Shown: positions 13,961 through 25,764 of the stretch, one piece after another
Numbering within the stretch: position 1 is the first letter of the stretch
Layout: each line of letters starts with the position of its first letter
NCBI RefSeq assembly: GCF_002113885.1
Contig: NW_018407245.1
Span: forward strand, 126,775 to 190,774
Length of the DNA: 64,000 bases
Reading direction: 5' to 3'
DNA from: Mizuhopecten yessoensis
Lineage: Eukaryota
The notes under the pieces: generated by a model
What the model saw: only the letters and a program-made list of their open reading frames with translations
Told to the model about the DNA's origin: nothing
Databases searched by the model: none
Made by a program: the position numbers and the translations under genes

Positions 13961-16344
13961 TTTTTCCTCTGAGGACCAGTGTAAACATTTCAAAGTTTGA
14001 TTGTGACGTTAGGAAAAAGAGCGTAAATGTACATTTGGCATGTGATATAGTAATGTTTCGTAAAGGTTGTCTTCTTTCTAAATGTAGGCAAGATATGCAC
14101 CATATGTCAGTATAGCATTGTAACCTACTTCTAGGTTCTGAAAAATATATTCAACCTATTTTTGGTTCTAAAATATTTAAGAATAATTGTTACGTCAATT
14201 TAGTGAAATTAAACTGTAATGTATCTACAGAACATTTGATTACTTTGAAAGTATTGTTTTCTACCAAAGATTTATCTTTAAAATATTTATATCTTTGTAC
14301 AGGGTTGTATTAAATTGAAATATTCATATTTCATTTAAATATTTATTTAATGGGAAAGAGAGGCCAATATCATAATAATTGTGATCATTTTAGAAAAAGA
14401 AGCAGCTATTTTCATTTTTCATATGTTGTACATAACTTGTATGTGTCGATGAACCAGCGCTGTTACCAAGATAGATCCTGTACATATTGGTAGATAGGTA
14501 GGTTCGTGTGTACTTGTTGTTACCAAGATAAAAACATGTATAGAACTTACCCGTTATACATGTATATTACATTATATGTACAGAGCTGTGAGAGTATTTA
14601 TTCCATTATTGTCTAACCTGTTTCTGTATTGTTTACAACTCAGCATGGCGAGGCTAATGATTAATATATACATATTGATGTTGTACTTGTGTTTAGATAC
14701 ATGTAGAACATTTTGCTGGCAAAAATCCAGCTATTTTGTAGTCATTTTTACCCAAGTAACCAAATAGAGAAAAAAATCATCGCTGATATACTGTAGATCA
14801 GAAAACTTTCGCCCAGTTAAATATTTACCCTTTACTGGTGAAATCCATGTTCTCCAAGTGTTAATTTTGCCCTTAAAATGTATTAACTATATATATATAG
14901 GGTATGTTGTTTACTTATATTCACTGTTAAGATAAATTCGCCGACAGTGCGAAGGGCGAAAAAAGTGCGGAAACAACTCTGGGTGAAATTTCCTGGTACA
15001 ATAAAGTATTCTTTGAAAACCTAGAGGAATGCAGATAGTCTGGTATTATTAAACCAATCATTAGACGTTTGTAAACCTAGAGGAATGTAGATAGTCTGGT
15101 ATTATTAAACCAATCATTAGACGTTCGTTTACCATTACATTCTGTTTCACAAATATGATCATTTGACAGCATTTCGTTTACAAAAATAAAACTAAATCTA
15201 CTTAAACATGTTATTATTCATCATCAGCATAATACTACGGTGAATCATATCAGTGTTTAGATTACAATATATCATTTGTTTTGCAATTCATTATCAATGT
15301 TATTTATTATGCCACGACAGATATTGTTATTAATATACAAGACTCATAAATGTTAGTTTTTGTTACCAAATGTTAGTCTCTAAATCTGTACAAAATGGAA
15401 CTATTGTTTGCTTTTATCAGATACATTTGCTGATGTCAGTTTTGTAAGAGATGATTTCAAGATATGAAAATAAATACTGGATTGAAAATGATGGTGGTTA
15501 TTGTATTAATTATGTTGCTACATGGAAGTACAAGTGTTTACAACAGCTGAGCTTATAGTTTTACAGTCTAGTAAAGTGGTCAGCACATATAATCTCTGAG
15601 CTTTTAGACATGTTTTGGAGGTCCAACGGTTAGCACACATGACATCTTATCCATGTTATTTTGGAAGTTAGCTTACTTCCACATTCGACTCCTGAGCTAC
15701 TGATCGTACTTTTAAGGTTTGTTGGTAATTAGGGTTAACGCAGTTGGGGGTAGTTTGGTTGTCACATATGACCAGCACTGATGGTTCATTGTCGTACGCC
15801 AATTGCTATAAGTTTGAAGATCTAATAGTGAAAATAGTAAATCCCTGCGCCACAGGCTGTAGGTGTAGGTTGAAGGCCTAAAGTTATGCACTTACAGGAA
15901 CATAGATTTTGAGCCGAATACGGTAGGTTGGAGGAAAATAGTAAGTATGTATGAGCCGAGAAATCTCGGAATCAATGTTCACAGACTAGAGATATAGTGG
16001 TAAAATAAATAGTGGTAAATTGAAGCATATACAACATCTTTGCGAATTGTGGTAGTGTCGTGTCAGTTTCCAACAAGATGTCCGCTTCTTGCATTGGAGG
16101 TGTTGAACTCGGATGATCGTAGTTGCATCCCGAATTTAACGGCAAAATAGAGAGCTTGGATGGAAGCACTCCTAACATGATTCTCTCAAAATCACATTTG
16201 CAAATTTAATTATATACCCAATTTTACTTTTGACCATGGTGACATTTTACATTTTAATGTTTACCTGAAGCAAAAGCATAAAATAGAATAAAAAAAATCT
16301 TATAAACCTGATCCATTACATACAATCATGGACTTGGATCTAAT

Positions 16345-18880
16345 TCTGTGATACAATACACTAGTAAGGCTGTGGGTATGGTACTCTATATCAGTGATAC
16401 AACACACTAATAAGGCTGTGTGTATGGTACTCTATATCAGTGATGCAATACACTAGTAAGGCTGTGTGTATGCTACTCTATATCAGTGATACAATACACT
16501 AGTAATGCTGTGTGTATGGTACTCTAATTCCGTGATACAATAGACTAGTAAGGCTGTGTGTATGGTACTCTAATTCTGTGGTACAATACACTAGTAAGGC
16601 TGTGTGTATATAAGTACTCTAATTCCGTGATACAATACACCAGTAAAGCTGTGTGGATGTTACTCTAATTCGTGATACAATACACTAGAAAGGCTGTGTG
16701 TGTGGTACTCTATATCACTGATACAATACACTAGTAAGGCTGTGTATATGGTATTCTAATTCCGTGATACAATACACTAGTGAGGCTGTGTGTGTGGTAC
16801 TCTATATCAGCGATACAATACACTAGTAAGGCTGCGTGTGCGTTACTCTAATTCCGTGATACAATACACTAGAAAGGCTGTGCATATATAAGAAGAAAAC
16901 TGGACACAAACAATGAACATTGGCGTGGTGTATTTTCTGTATATGACATTGTAATGTTGTGGAATCTTCTTAGTTACCTCTTCAGCATCCTCCCCTGCAA
17001 ATTAAAGCGGAAGTTTTAAGTGTTTTTGCCAAGTCTTGATGACCAATTCCGTGATACAATAAACTAGTAAGGCTGTGTGTATGGTACTCGAAGTCCGTGA
17101 TACAATAGACTAGTAAGGCTGTGTGTGTGGTACTCTACATCAGTGATACAATACACTAGTAAGGCTGTGGGTATGGTACTCTATATCAGTGATACAATAC
17201 ACTGGTAAGGCTGTGTGTATGGTACTCTAATTACGAGATACAATACACTAGTAAGGCTGTGTGAATATAAGTACTCTAATTCCTTGATACAACACACTAG
17301 TAAGTCTGTGTGTATGGTACTCTAATTCCGTGGTACAATACACTAGTAAGGCTGTGTGTATGGAACTCTAATTCTGTGGTACAATGCACTAGTAAGGCTG
17401 TGTGTATGGTACTCGAAGTCCGTGATACAATAGACTAGTAAGGCTGTGTGTGTGGTACTCTATATCACTGATACAATACACTAGTAAGGCTGTGTATATA
17501 TAAGAAGAAAACTGGACACAAACAATGGACATTGGAGTGGTGTATTATCTGTATATGACATTGTAATGTTGTGGAATCTTCTTAGTTACCTCTTCAGCAT
17601 CCTCCCCTGCAAATTAAAGCGGAAGTTTTAAGTGTTTTTGCCAAGTCTTGATGACCAATTCCGTGATACAATAAACTAGTAAGACTGTGTGTATGGTACT
17701 CTAATTCCGTGGTACAATACACTAGTAAGGCTGTGTGTATATAAGTACTCTAATTCTGTGGTACAATACACTAGTAAGGCTGTGTGTATTGTACTCTATA
17801 TCAGTGATACAATACACTAGAAAGGCTGTGTGTATATAAGTACTCTAATTCTGTGGTACAATACACTAGTAAGGCTGTGTGTATTGTACTCTATATCAGT
17901 GATACAATACACTAGAAAGGCTGTGTGTGGTACTCTAATTCCGTGATACAACACACTAGTAAGGCTGTGTGTATATAAGTACTCTAATTCCTTGATACAA
18001 AACACTAGTAAGGCTGTCTGTATATAAGTACTCTAATTCCTTGATACAAAACACTAGTAAGGCTGTCTGTATATAAGTACTCTAATTCCTTGATACAATA
18101 CACTAGTACGGCTGTGTGTATATAAGTACTCTAATTCCGTGATACAATACACTAGAAAGGCTGTGTGTGGTACTCTAATTCCGTGATAAAATACACTAGT
18201 AAGGCTGTGTGTATATAAGTACTCTAATTCCTTGATACAACACACTAGTAAGGCTGTGTGTATATAAGTACTCTAATTCCTTGATACAAAACACTAGTAA
18301 GGCTGTCTGTATATAAGTACTCTAATTCCTTGATACAAAACACTAGTAAGGCTGTCTGTATATAAGTACTCTAATTCCTTGATACAACACACTAGTAAGG
18401 CTGTGTGTATATAAGTACTCTAATTCCGTGATACAATACACCAGTAAAGCTGTGTGTATGTTACTCTAATTCCGTGATACAATACACTAGTGAGGCTGTG
18501 TGTGTGGTACTCTATATCACTGATACAATACACTAGTAAGGCTGTGTATGGTACTCTATATCAGTGATACAGTACACTAGTAAGGCTGTGTGTGGTACTC
18601 TATGTCTGTGATACAATACACTAGTAAGGCTGTGTGTATATAAGTACTCTAATTCTGTGGTACAATACACTAGTAAGGCTGTGTGTATCGTACTCGAAGT
18701 CCGTGATACAATAGACTAGTAAGGCTGTGTGTGTGGTACTCTATATCACTGATACAATACACTAGTAAGGCTGTGTATATGGTATTCTAATTCCGTGATA
18801 CAATACACTAGTGAGGCTGTGTGTATATAAGTACTCTAATTCCGTGATACAATACACTAGAAAGGCTGTGCATATATAAG
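16345..18880. repeat. Minisatellite array, ~41-45 bp unit, with embedded copies of the gene A terminal exon
   Basis: Unit gtgatacaatacactagtaaggctgtgtgtatggtactctaattcc. Interrupted at ~16888-17045 and ~17500-17657 by a ~155-bp unique segment also present at ~18878-19032. Confidence 0.95.
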
Positions 18881-18969
18881 AAGAAAACTGGACACAAACA
18901 ATGAACATTGGAGTGGTGTATTTTCTGTATATGACATTGTAATGTTGTGGAATCTTCTTAGTTACCTCT

Positions 18970-21900
18970 TCAGCATCCTCCCCTGCAAATTAAAGCGGAA
19001 GTTTTAAGTGTTTTTGCCAAGTCTTGATGACCATAGTTGACAATGCAAATGGGGCTACAATTCTTTAAATCGAGCAGTGCTGTGATCTTTTCTAATAACG
19101 ATAGAAAATCATACTTAACATTTTAAAAATAAAAAGAGAAAAATGTAGATATTATTAAGAGGAGCAGTGTTGTGACCTAGTGTAATTCACGATGAGGCAA
19201 CAAATGCACTGAGAGAAAGTAAGGGTAAAGATATAACTTTTAAGGTCGTCCAGTGTTGTAATCCATCTGAAGACTTAGTAAAAACATGATTATTTTGATT
19301 TCTAAATTATCTTTTTTTCTATGCGTGTATTTTCCTTCACTTTTGAATTAAGACGGACGATTCAACATGTAAAGAATATTGTATTACGTAAATCAAAAAT
19401 CCCTAGGCAATAGATCCCACACTCACCTACAAGTAGCGTAACAGTTGTCGGACATGAAGGTAGCATAGGCACTGCGAGGGGAACAGAAGCCCTGCTGTTT
19501 CTGGTCCTCACAGTACGACTTGGGATAGTTGTCTCCACATGGCACTTAAACAGAAAATACAACATTAAATCTTTAAGTTCTAAACTTAATTTATGTTACG
19601 GGAACGAGACTAGTGTGCTTCAAACGGGGATCGATCCAGTGACCCCCACCATCCCCGTCCGCCGCGCCTTACCGATTGAGCTAAAGGGTAATTCCCCATA
19701 ATGCGAAGCCAATTGAAATCTGCCACAATGATAAAAATTCTATTGCAGTAAAAACAAAACACAATGCAATGCTCCTCACTGATCGTTGTTCGTTAGATTT
19801 GGAAGTTTTCCGGTACCACACGGTAAGTAGGGCATTGCGTGTGTTGTCTGTGGCTTGACAAATCTTGTTGAAACAAAAGAGCAATTGTGACATCAAAAGA
19901 ATGGTCATCGTTCGGCAAGTGTTTGCGATTAGGAGATTTCATAACTTAGATTTGATCTAGATTTACATGTCGGGTGTTGTCGATAAAGCAGAAGACGTTC
20001 ACCCTTCCGAAACACATGGTTTTATTCTCTTTGTACCCTTTGAAGGGTCTTCATGTAAATATTTCGTTTATACATATTTTCCCATATTTATCGAATTTGA
20101 ATTCCATTTACAGTTTTATTGATAATTTTTTTTTAATTCTTGTGTTGCTTTGTAGATACAGGGTTCTGACTGGCGGAATCTGGCAATTTTACAAAGACGT
20201 ATTGTATTTAGATACAAATTGCTTTTGTTACACCCTACCTTCAGTGAGTGGTGAGTATTGGTGACATTATTTAGATACAGAGTTCTACTGTCATACCCTA
20301 CCTTCAGTGGTGGTGAGTATTGGTGACATTATTTAGATACAGAGTTCTACAGTCATACCCTACCTTCAGTGGTGGTGAGTATCGGTGACATTATTTAGAT
20401 ACAGAGGCCTTTTGTCACACCCTACCTTCAGTGGTGGTGAGTATTGGTGCCATTATATAGATAAAGAGTTCTACAGTCATACCCTACCTTCAGTGGTGGT
20501 GAGTATCGGTGACATTATATAGATACAGAGTTCTACAGTCACACCCTACCTTCAGTGGTGGTGAGTATTGGTGCCATTATATAGATAAAGAGTTCTACAG
20601 TCACACCCTACCTTCAGTGGTGGTGAGTATCGGTGCCAAATGTAAGTCATCCTTGCTGATAAAGCCCATCTCTAGCAGTGTGGTGACGTACTTCTGTGTC
20701 GCCATACTCATAGCCTCCTAGCAGTCGTACAGAAATTGGAATTAAAAAGAAATTTTAAAACAGGAAGCAAAACTTGTTTGTGGGTTTGTAAAAATGTATG
20801 GACGTTTTTACAAGCGTGAATCAAATTGAATCAATTGTCCTAACATCCCTGCCGTCCTGTCAGTGTGTTTTATACTTAGGTAATCGACTAGGGGGATAGA
20901 AATATAAGGAATCTGGTGTGAACCCGCATACCCCATCTGACAGTGAATATCATCATTTTGTTAATATCTTTGCCCATCGTTTAATAAGTTTTTGTTCTTA
21001 ATGTAATATGGATATAACCTTAGACGGGAAGTAGTATCGCTTGTTAACATACCGGATAGACGAAATTATATCATGAAAGGTAAACTGAGTTTTGTTTTAT
21101 AGTCCTTACGTCTACTGTGGCACCTGTCCCGACCACTGTTATTCCACTGGCCACGTCCTGAATAGATATGGTGGTACCTGTAGCATGAATCCTAACACCT
21201 CGTCCTAGGACTGTGTGCTGGAAAAAACATATGTTTCGCTTATCAAAAGATGCATGTTTTGATTGCGGATCAAATGTATTCCGTCTTTGCGTATTGCAGA
21301 GTTATCTTCTCTTGAGAACAGGTATTGATTGTTACGTCATTTGTTTGTGTGAGAAAATTACGTCGTTTTCTCAAAAATTGATGACGTTACTCTCACCCTT
21401 CCAGTAATCGGTTGATATATTTCTGTCGTACTAAATAAAGGATTAACGGTCTAAGTTGCATCTGATAAATAATATTACTATGGTGCTGAAGTGATTTTGA
21501 AATTCAATATATGCGTCATAAGAGACTACTGATCTGCTGTGACTAAAAGTAGTAACATCGAGTCAATATCACAAATCACTTACATGAACTTGATTAGTAT
21601 TCAACAAATAAGGATGTAGGGAAGCAGTGTTAACCAGAAGATGGCCTATCCTACTTACAAATGGATGATTGCCCAACATATTTTCGCTTAGATATGACAT
21701 AAACTGCTTCTCAAGTTGTACAACTCCATCTACCAATGGAGCAAGGAATACTGATGCCGCCCCGGCCACCGGGTTCACTGCCATAAGTGCAGCGCTGACA
21801 GCCGCTGAAGCAGCCGATGCCCCGCCTGCTGCCGCTGCTCTCTCGGACGACGTTCCCGCCTTCCTCACGATTCTGCCTGTCGCTGAAGCCAATATTTTAT

Positions 21901-21979
21901 GTAGACCCCGGGATTCATGACTATATACGTGGCATACAAAGATGACCAAAATCAAAACTGCAAAACACAACAAAGACAT
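18970..21979 (-). CDS. Gene A: secreted 246-aa protein with signal peptide, Ala-rich region, putative ALF-like domain and C-terminal ShK (ShKT) domain
   Basis: Coding exons (minus): 21979-21584, 21217-21110, 20717-20612, 19544-19427, 18982-18970, all GT/AG and in frame. Likely non-coding first exon ~22620-22565 with TATATAA ~22630-22637. Signal peptide MSLLCFAVLILVIFVCHVYS. C-terminus CGDNYPKSYCEDQKQQGFCSPRSAYATFMSDNCYATCRGGC* has the six-Cys ShK pattern (CxD..C..C..M..CxxTCxxxC). Confidence 0.85.
19622..19692 (-). mobile_element. tRNA-derived SINE head fragment in a gene A intron
   Basis: Reverse strand TAGCTCAATCGGTAAGGCG (A box) and GGATCGATCCC (B-box-like); no complete cloverleaf. Confidence 0.5.
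20200..20640. repeat. 62-bp tandem repeat (~7 copies) spanning the 3' end and splice donor of gene A coding exon 3
   Basis: Unit gtgacattatttagatacagagttctacagtcataccctaccttcagtggtggtgagtat(c/t)g. On the minus strand each unit carries ACTGAAG|GTAGGG. Confidence 0.93.
21280..21396. mobile_element. Truncated copy of the hairpin MITE found intact at 44759-44943
   Basis: tccgtctttgcgtattgcagagttatcttctc...gtattgattgttacgtca matches one arm plus the centre of the 44.8-kb element. Confidence 0.8.
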
Positions 21980-23050
21980 GATTGAATTGCTACAAAATGA
22001 ACGTGAAAATCAGTTGTGTATTAAATATCTACACAAACAAATGTTAACATAAACGTCTGTAGTCTTTGCCACGCTACCTCACTAACAACGTCTTCGTAAT
22101 GTGACATTGATTATATTTAACGTCATGGTTTACTTGTCCGTCTACAACTTGTGCAACATATATGATCTCCCCGAGATGTCGTTTTCTTTATATTGTAATA
22201 CCAATTTAAGTAAAGCTTATCTGTCGCTGTACAATTTCAACGTTTTACATGATTGTATAGGCACCTTCATATCAATCGGAAAAAAACCAGACAAGAAGTT
22301 TCATCAGTTTTAATTCTTTTGAGCTTTAGTATCACTTGTGAGTCCTGATTGGAAGAAATGGCCATATGGTACAGCCAAATGTTAATTTTGTAACAAAATT
22401 TTCAAATACGTGTTTCTGTTTTCATATTTCTATTGATTGTTAAAAATCAGCTCATAACGACCGCTGTTCCTGTTCCCCCTTCTGTATAATTAGATTTGTT
22501 TGTTACAAGTGGAAATCTGTTGGAAAACAATGTTATTTATTAGATTATATTTATAAAGTCTTACCTGTCAACCTCATCGTGGCAGGCCTTAGTACTGTGG
22601 TTATCTAGTGTGTGTACTGTGTAAACACGCTTATATATCGCTGGGATCTTACAGCTGATAAACGAACAGACCTCAGTAAGATTCTCTTTAAAATAAAACT
22701 TAATGAATGTAAAATAATTTTTAATCAATCGAAAAATTCTCAACAATGTGTCACGAAGAATTATTAATATTATTAATTGCCTTAAGATACTCGGGCTATT
22801 TTTGTAATTTTACTACATTCTCAAACGCATATGTTAGCAGTAGAAGAATCAACCAATCATTTCTTTCTTGTAAAATATCTTTATTGCAAAGAAAGGGTTT
22901 AATTCAAAAGTGAGATCAGTACTTTTCGTATGTGTAAATATCGAGCGTCTGTTTAAACGGATAGCGGGTGTGGTTTTACAGATGTGTATGTGTAGCGTCA
23001 TGCTTGATAAGAATAAGTATCGAAGTCTGTACAACATTTAACCTTTAGAG

Positions 23051-25082
23051 ATGAAAGGTATTACAAGAACCCTACTCGTCCTTGCTGTTTCGGCCCTTCT
23101 CGGCCTCTTTTGGAGCACAGACGGAAGAACAATAAAGAGAACTGGCGATAAGTATGATACTATTTTGATCGTTTTCTTTATTATAGTGTTTTTAAGCAAA
23201 GAAACTAAGATGATTCAGTAGGGTTTTAAATGTCTATACACTGATGACGTGACTGCTCCTGCACTTCTTATTTTGTTGAAATTGATAGATTTTCTGCACC
23301 ATGTACGTTATGAAGCTTGATAATAATACTGTTGTTTTCAACGCATGTACATATTCATTTCCGAAATCGATACTTTTAGCGAATCATACTATGCTAATTG
23401 TGTATTACTTTCAAGGAGCATCAATATCTTCAAATAGATATATAGTCAAATATAAATATTTCACTTCCTACAAAGAGAAGAAAAGGCTGAATGATTACGT
23501 AGCGTTTAAATAGTTTAAATTAAGATGTTACCGCTTGATAGCTGTTAAAACATGCAGGGTAAATGTTGACTGGGACTTCTAGTTATTGTGACGAGCTATT
23601 TGTTCTTTAGTTCCAATTGGTGCTGTGAAGTGGAGCCGACCAGCTCGTCGTCCAATTTCACTTCGATAGAAATACACCAGTTTACGAAAGTGATCTGGGA
23701 GGTGAAAGTAGGTCCTATTCACCAATGTGCGGACGGTGAGGACACGACTGTTGGACCGATCGGTGTGTACTGCCAGGGTATGGTGAACGTCTCCAGGTCA
23801 GTGAGTTGTTGTCGTTAAGGGAACGCTCCATTGTCAGCGTTCTGTTACTAATTTGATAAGTCTATGCTACTATTTTTAAAGTGTCTTTCTTCTCTTTGCA
23901 AATAGATAGAGGTATTTAATTGTTTCCCGCTGAATAACATATAATATATATTACGTATTGTATTCAACGGGAAAGTCATTTAACTTTCCACTTGGACATT
24001 TTAAAGTACACACAGCGATGAAAATTTTACCGCCACAGTGCAGGAACTAACAAGGGAAATTTTTGGCGCCATATTTTAATGAAGTTACTCTCAAAGACAA
24101 TAGGTCTGCGCGCTAGTTTGAATAAGCTACTCAACACCAAGTTACCGTTTTCTGATATCATTTGGCAAGTTTTACAAAATTTTTTATCAGTTTTGTAGTA
24201 AAGTAATTGAATACAGATGTATGGAAATAGCAACTTCGTTTGATGTCGCTTTATTTGCATCTGAATAGAAAATATATGGCCCCCATCATTCTGTTTGGTC
24301 AATACCAAAATTGATTCTTAATGTTTGTCAAAGTGTGATATGATGTATCAGAAAAGTCCCTAGAATCCAATATATCACAAGCAAAAATGTAATGGCAGGA
24401 GTTTGAACGATTTCTGTGACGTTCACACGAGAAAATATTATTACAAAAGGAACCTTGTGTAGGGAGTTCATTGCAGTTTTAAAAATTCCTATTCTTAATT
24501 TGTTAAACAGGGAAAAAAAAGTTTCAATGTTATTTAACTTAAATGCAGAAAGTAACTAGTATGTCATTTTGCATACAGGACAGTTATCACATACCAACAG
24601 GTGCCCGTGGTAAAACCAGTGATACAGCAGGGCGTGTGTCCCACGGAACACCTAGTGTGTTGTGAGGGTTATGTCAAACACCAGGACCAATGTCTAAGTA
24701 AGTTACTAGCCCACACTTTACAATACTTGTGTGCGTATACTTCTATCATTCATAAACATATATAAGTGCTGTCGATTGCTGTAAAGTCACAACTCTTCGA
24801 ACAGATAAATGTTTTTAATCACATGCACGTGTCTAACGTTTAATCTTTCTAGACGTTTGCGATGTGATATACTAGTGTTGACTTTTCATTATATGTCTGG
24901 TATGTATTGGTTTTATCTATTTTATTTCATTTTACCATAAAATGTCAATTGCGATTGTTAGATAAGATGAATAAGACCTATTAAATACTGCTTCTGCTGC
25001 CGATAATTTCAAACTTGTTTCAACAGAATCCTCGGCCATTGACTCCCTCCAGGCCCTTATTGACGCTGGTTTGATCGGATAG
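23051..25082 (+). CDS. Gene B: secreted 8-Cys EMI-like protein, 153 aa (paralogue 1)
   Basis: Exons 23051-23151, 23611-23796, 24579-24697, 25027-25082 (phases 2,2,1). MKGITRTLLVLAVSALLGLFWSTDG-RTIKR-TGDNSNWCCEVEPTSSSSNFTSIEIHQFTKVIWEVKVGPIHQCADGEDTTVGPIGVYCQGMVNVSRTVITYQQVPVVKPVIQQGVCPTEHLVCCEGYVKHQDQCLKSSAIDSLQALIDAGLIG*. AATAAA at 25125. Confidence 0.88.
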
Positions 25083-25764
25083 TTACTGGCAATCAATTTC
25101 ATGTCATCTGTATAACGCATCGGAAATAAAGATATCTACAATTTAAATATTGTGTTGCGTTTCTGTTTCTTATCTATAAGTCGATATTTGATTTACGTGT
25201 CACTGAACTTGCCAACAATTCAAATAAAATAATTCAAATTGATATCTCTGTCATGTTTCGTCTTTTTCTTGGATTTCTCTTAGAACCATTTTTAAATCGA
25301 TCTACATGTAGTGAATATGTGATAACGCAAAATAGAAAACAAACAAACAATAGTGTCGATGAATATGATTGAAATATATTTTAATACAGAGTAAATGTTT
25401 TTCCATACACATTGATATTAAAAAGAACACAGTTCGTATACATTATTATATAATTACGCATAGCACATCGTTTAAACAAAAGAAAGCAGTTAAAACAGTA
25501 CATGTACATGTATTTAAATACACAGTGCACAATTTTTAAAACGTATTACAATTTCTGAGTAACAATATATATGTTGATGCAAAGTTTATATTAAAATACA
25601 TTTAAAGTACACAATATATATCAAAATGTTACAATTGTTTACATTATCACTCTGTAAAAACGTTTATGTCATATATTTGCATATGAACTCGTGGAATGTT
25701 ACATATTGTGGTCGTTGTCATCAAAAAGTTGTGAACTGACGTCACAGACTCCCAAATTATATCA

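Noticed and set aside
15972-16178. 68-aa minus-strand ORF between REXO1 and the satellite
   Set aside because: No recognisable motif, signal peptide or consistent splice partners.
16345-18880. CRISPR-like regular repeats (also 25.8-28.1 kb and 41.7-42.9 kb)
   Set aside because: Head-to-tail tandem units without unique spacers, no cas genes, and a spliceosomal eukaryotic context.
18955-18982. Gene A ends TGC-TGA, reminiscent of a Cys-Sec terminus near a selenoprotein gene
   Set aside because: The Cys completes the six-Cys ShK pattern and no SECIS is visible downstream on the minus strand; an ordinary stop.
21669-21920. Ala-rich 83-aa ORF on +
   Set aside because: Antisense shadow of gene A's first coding exon.
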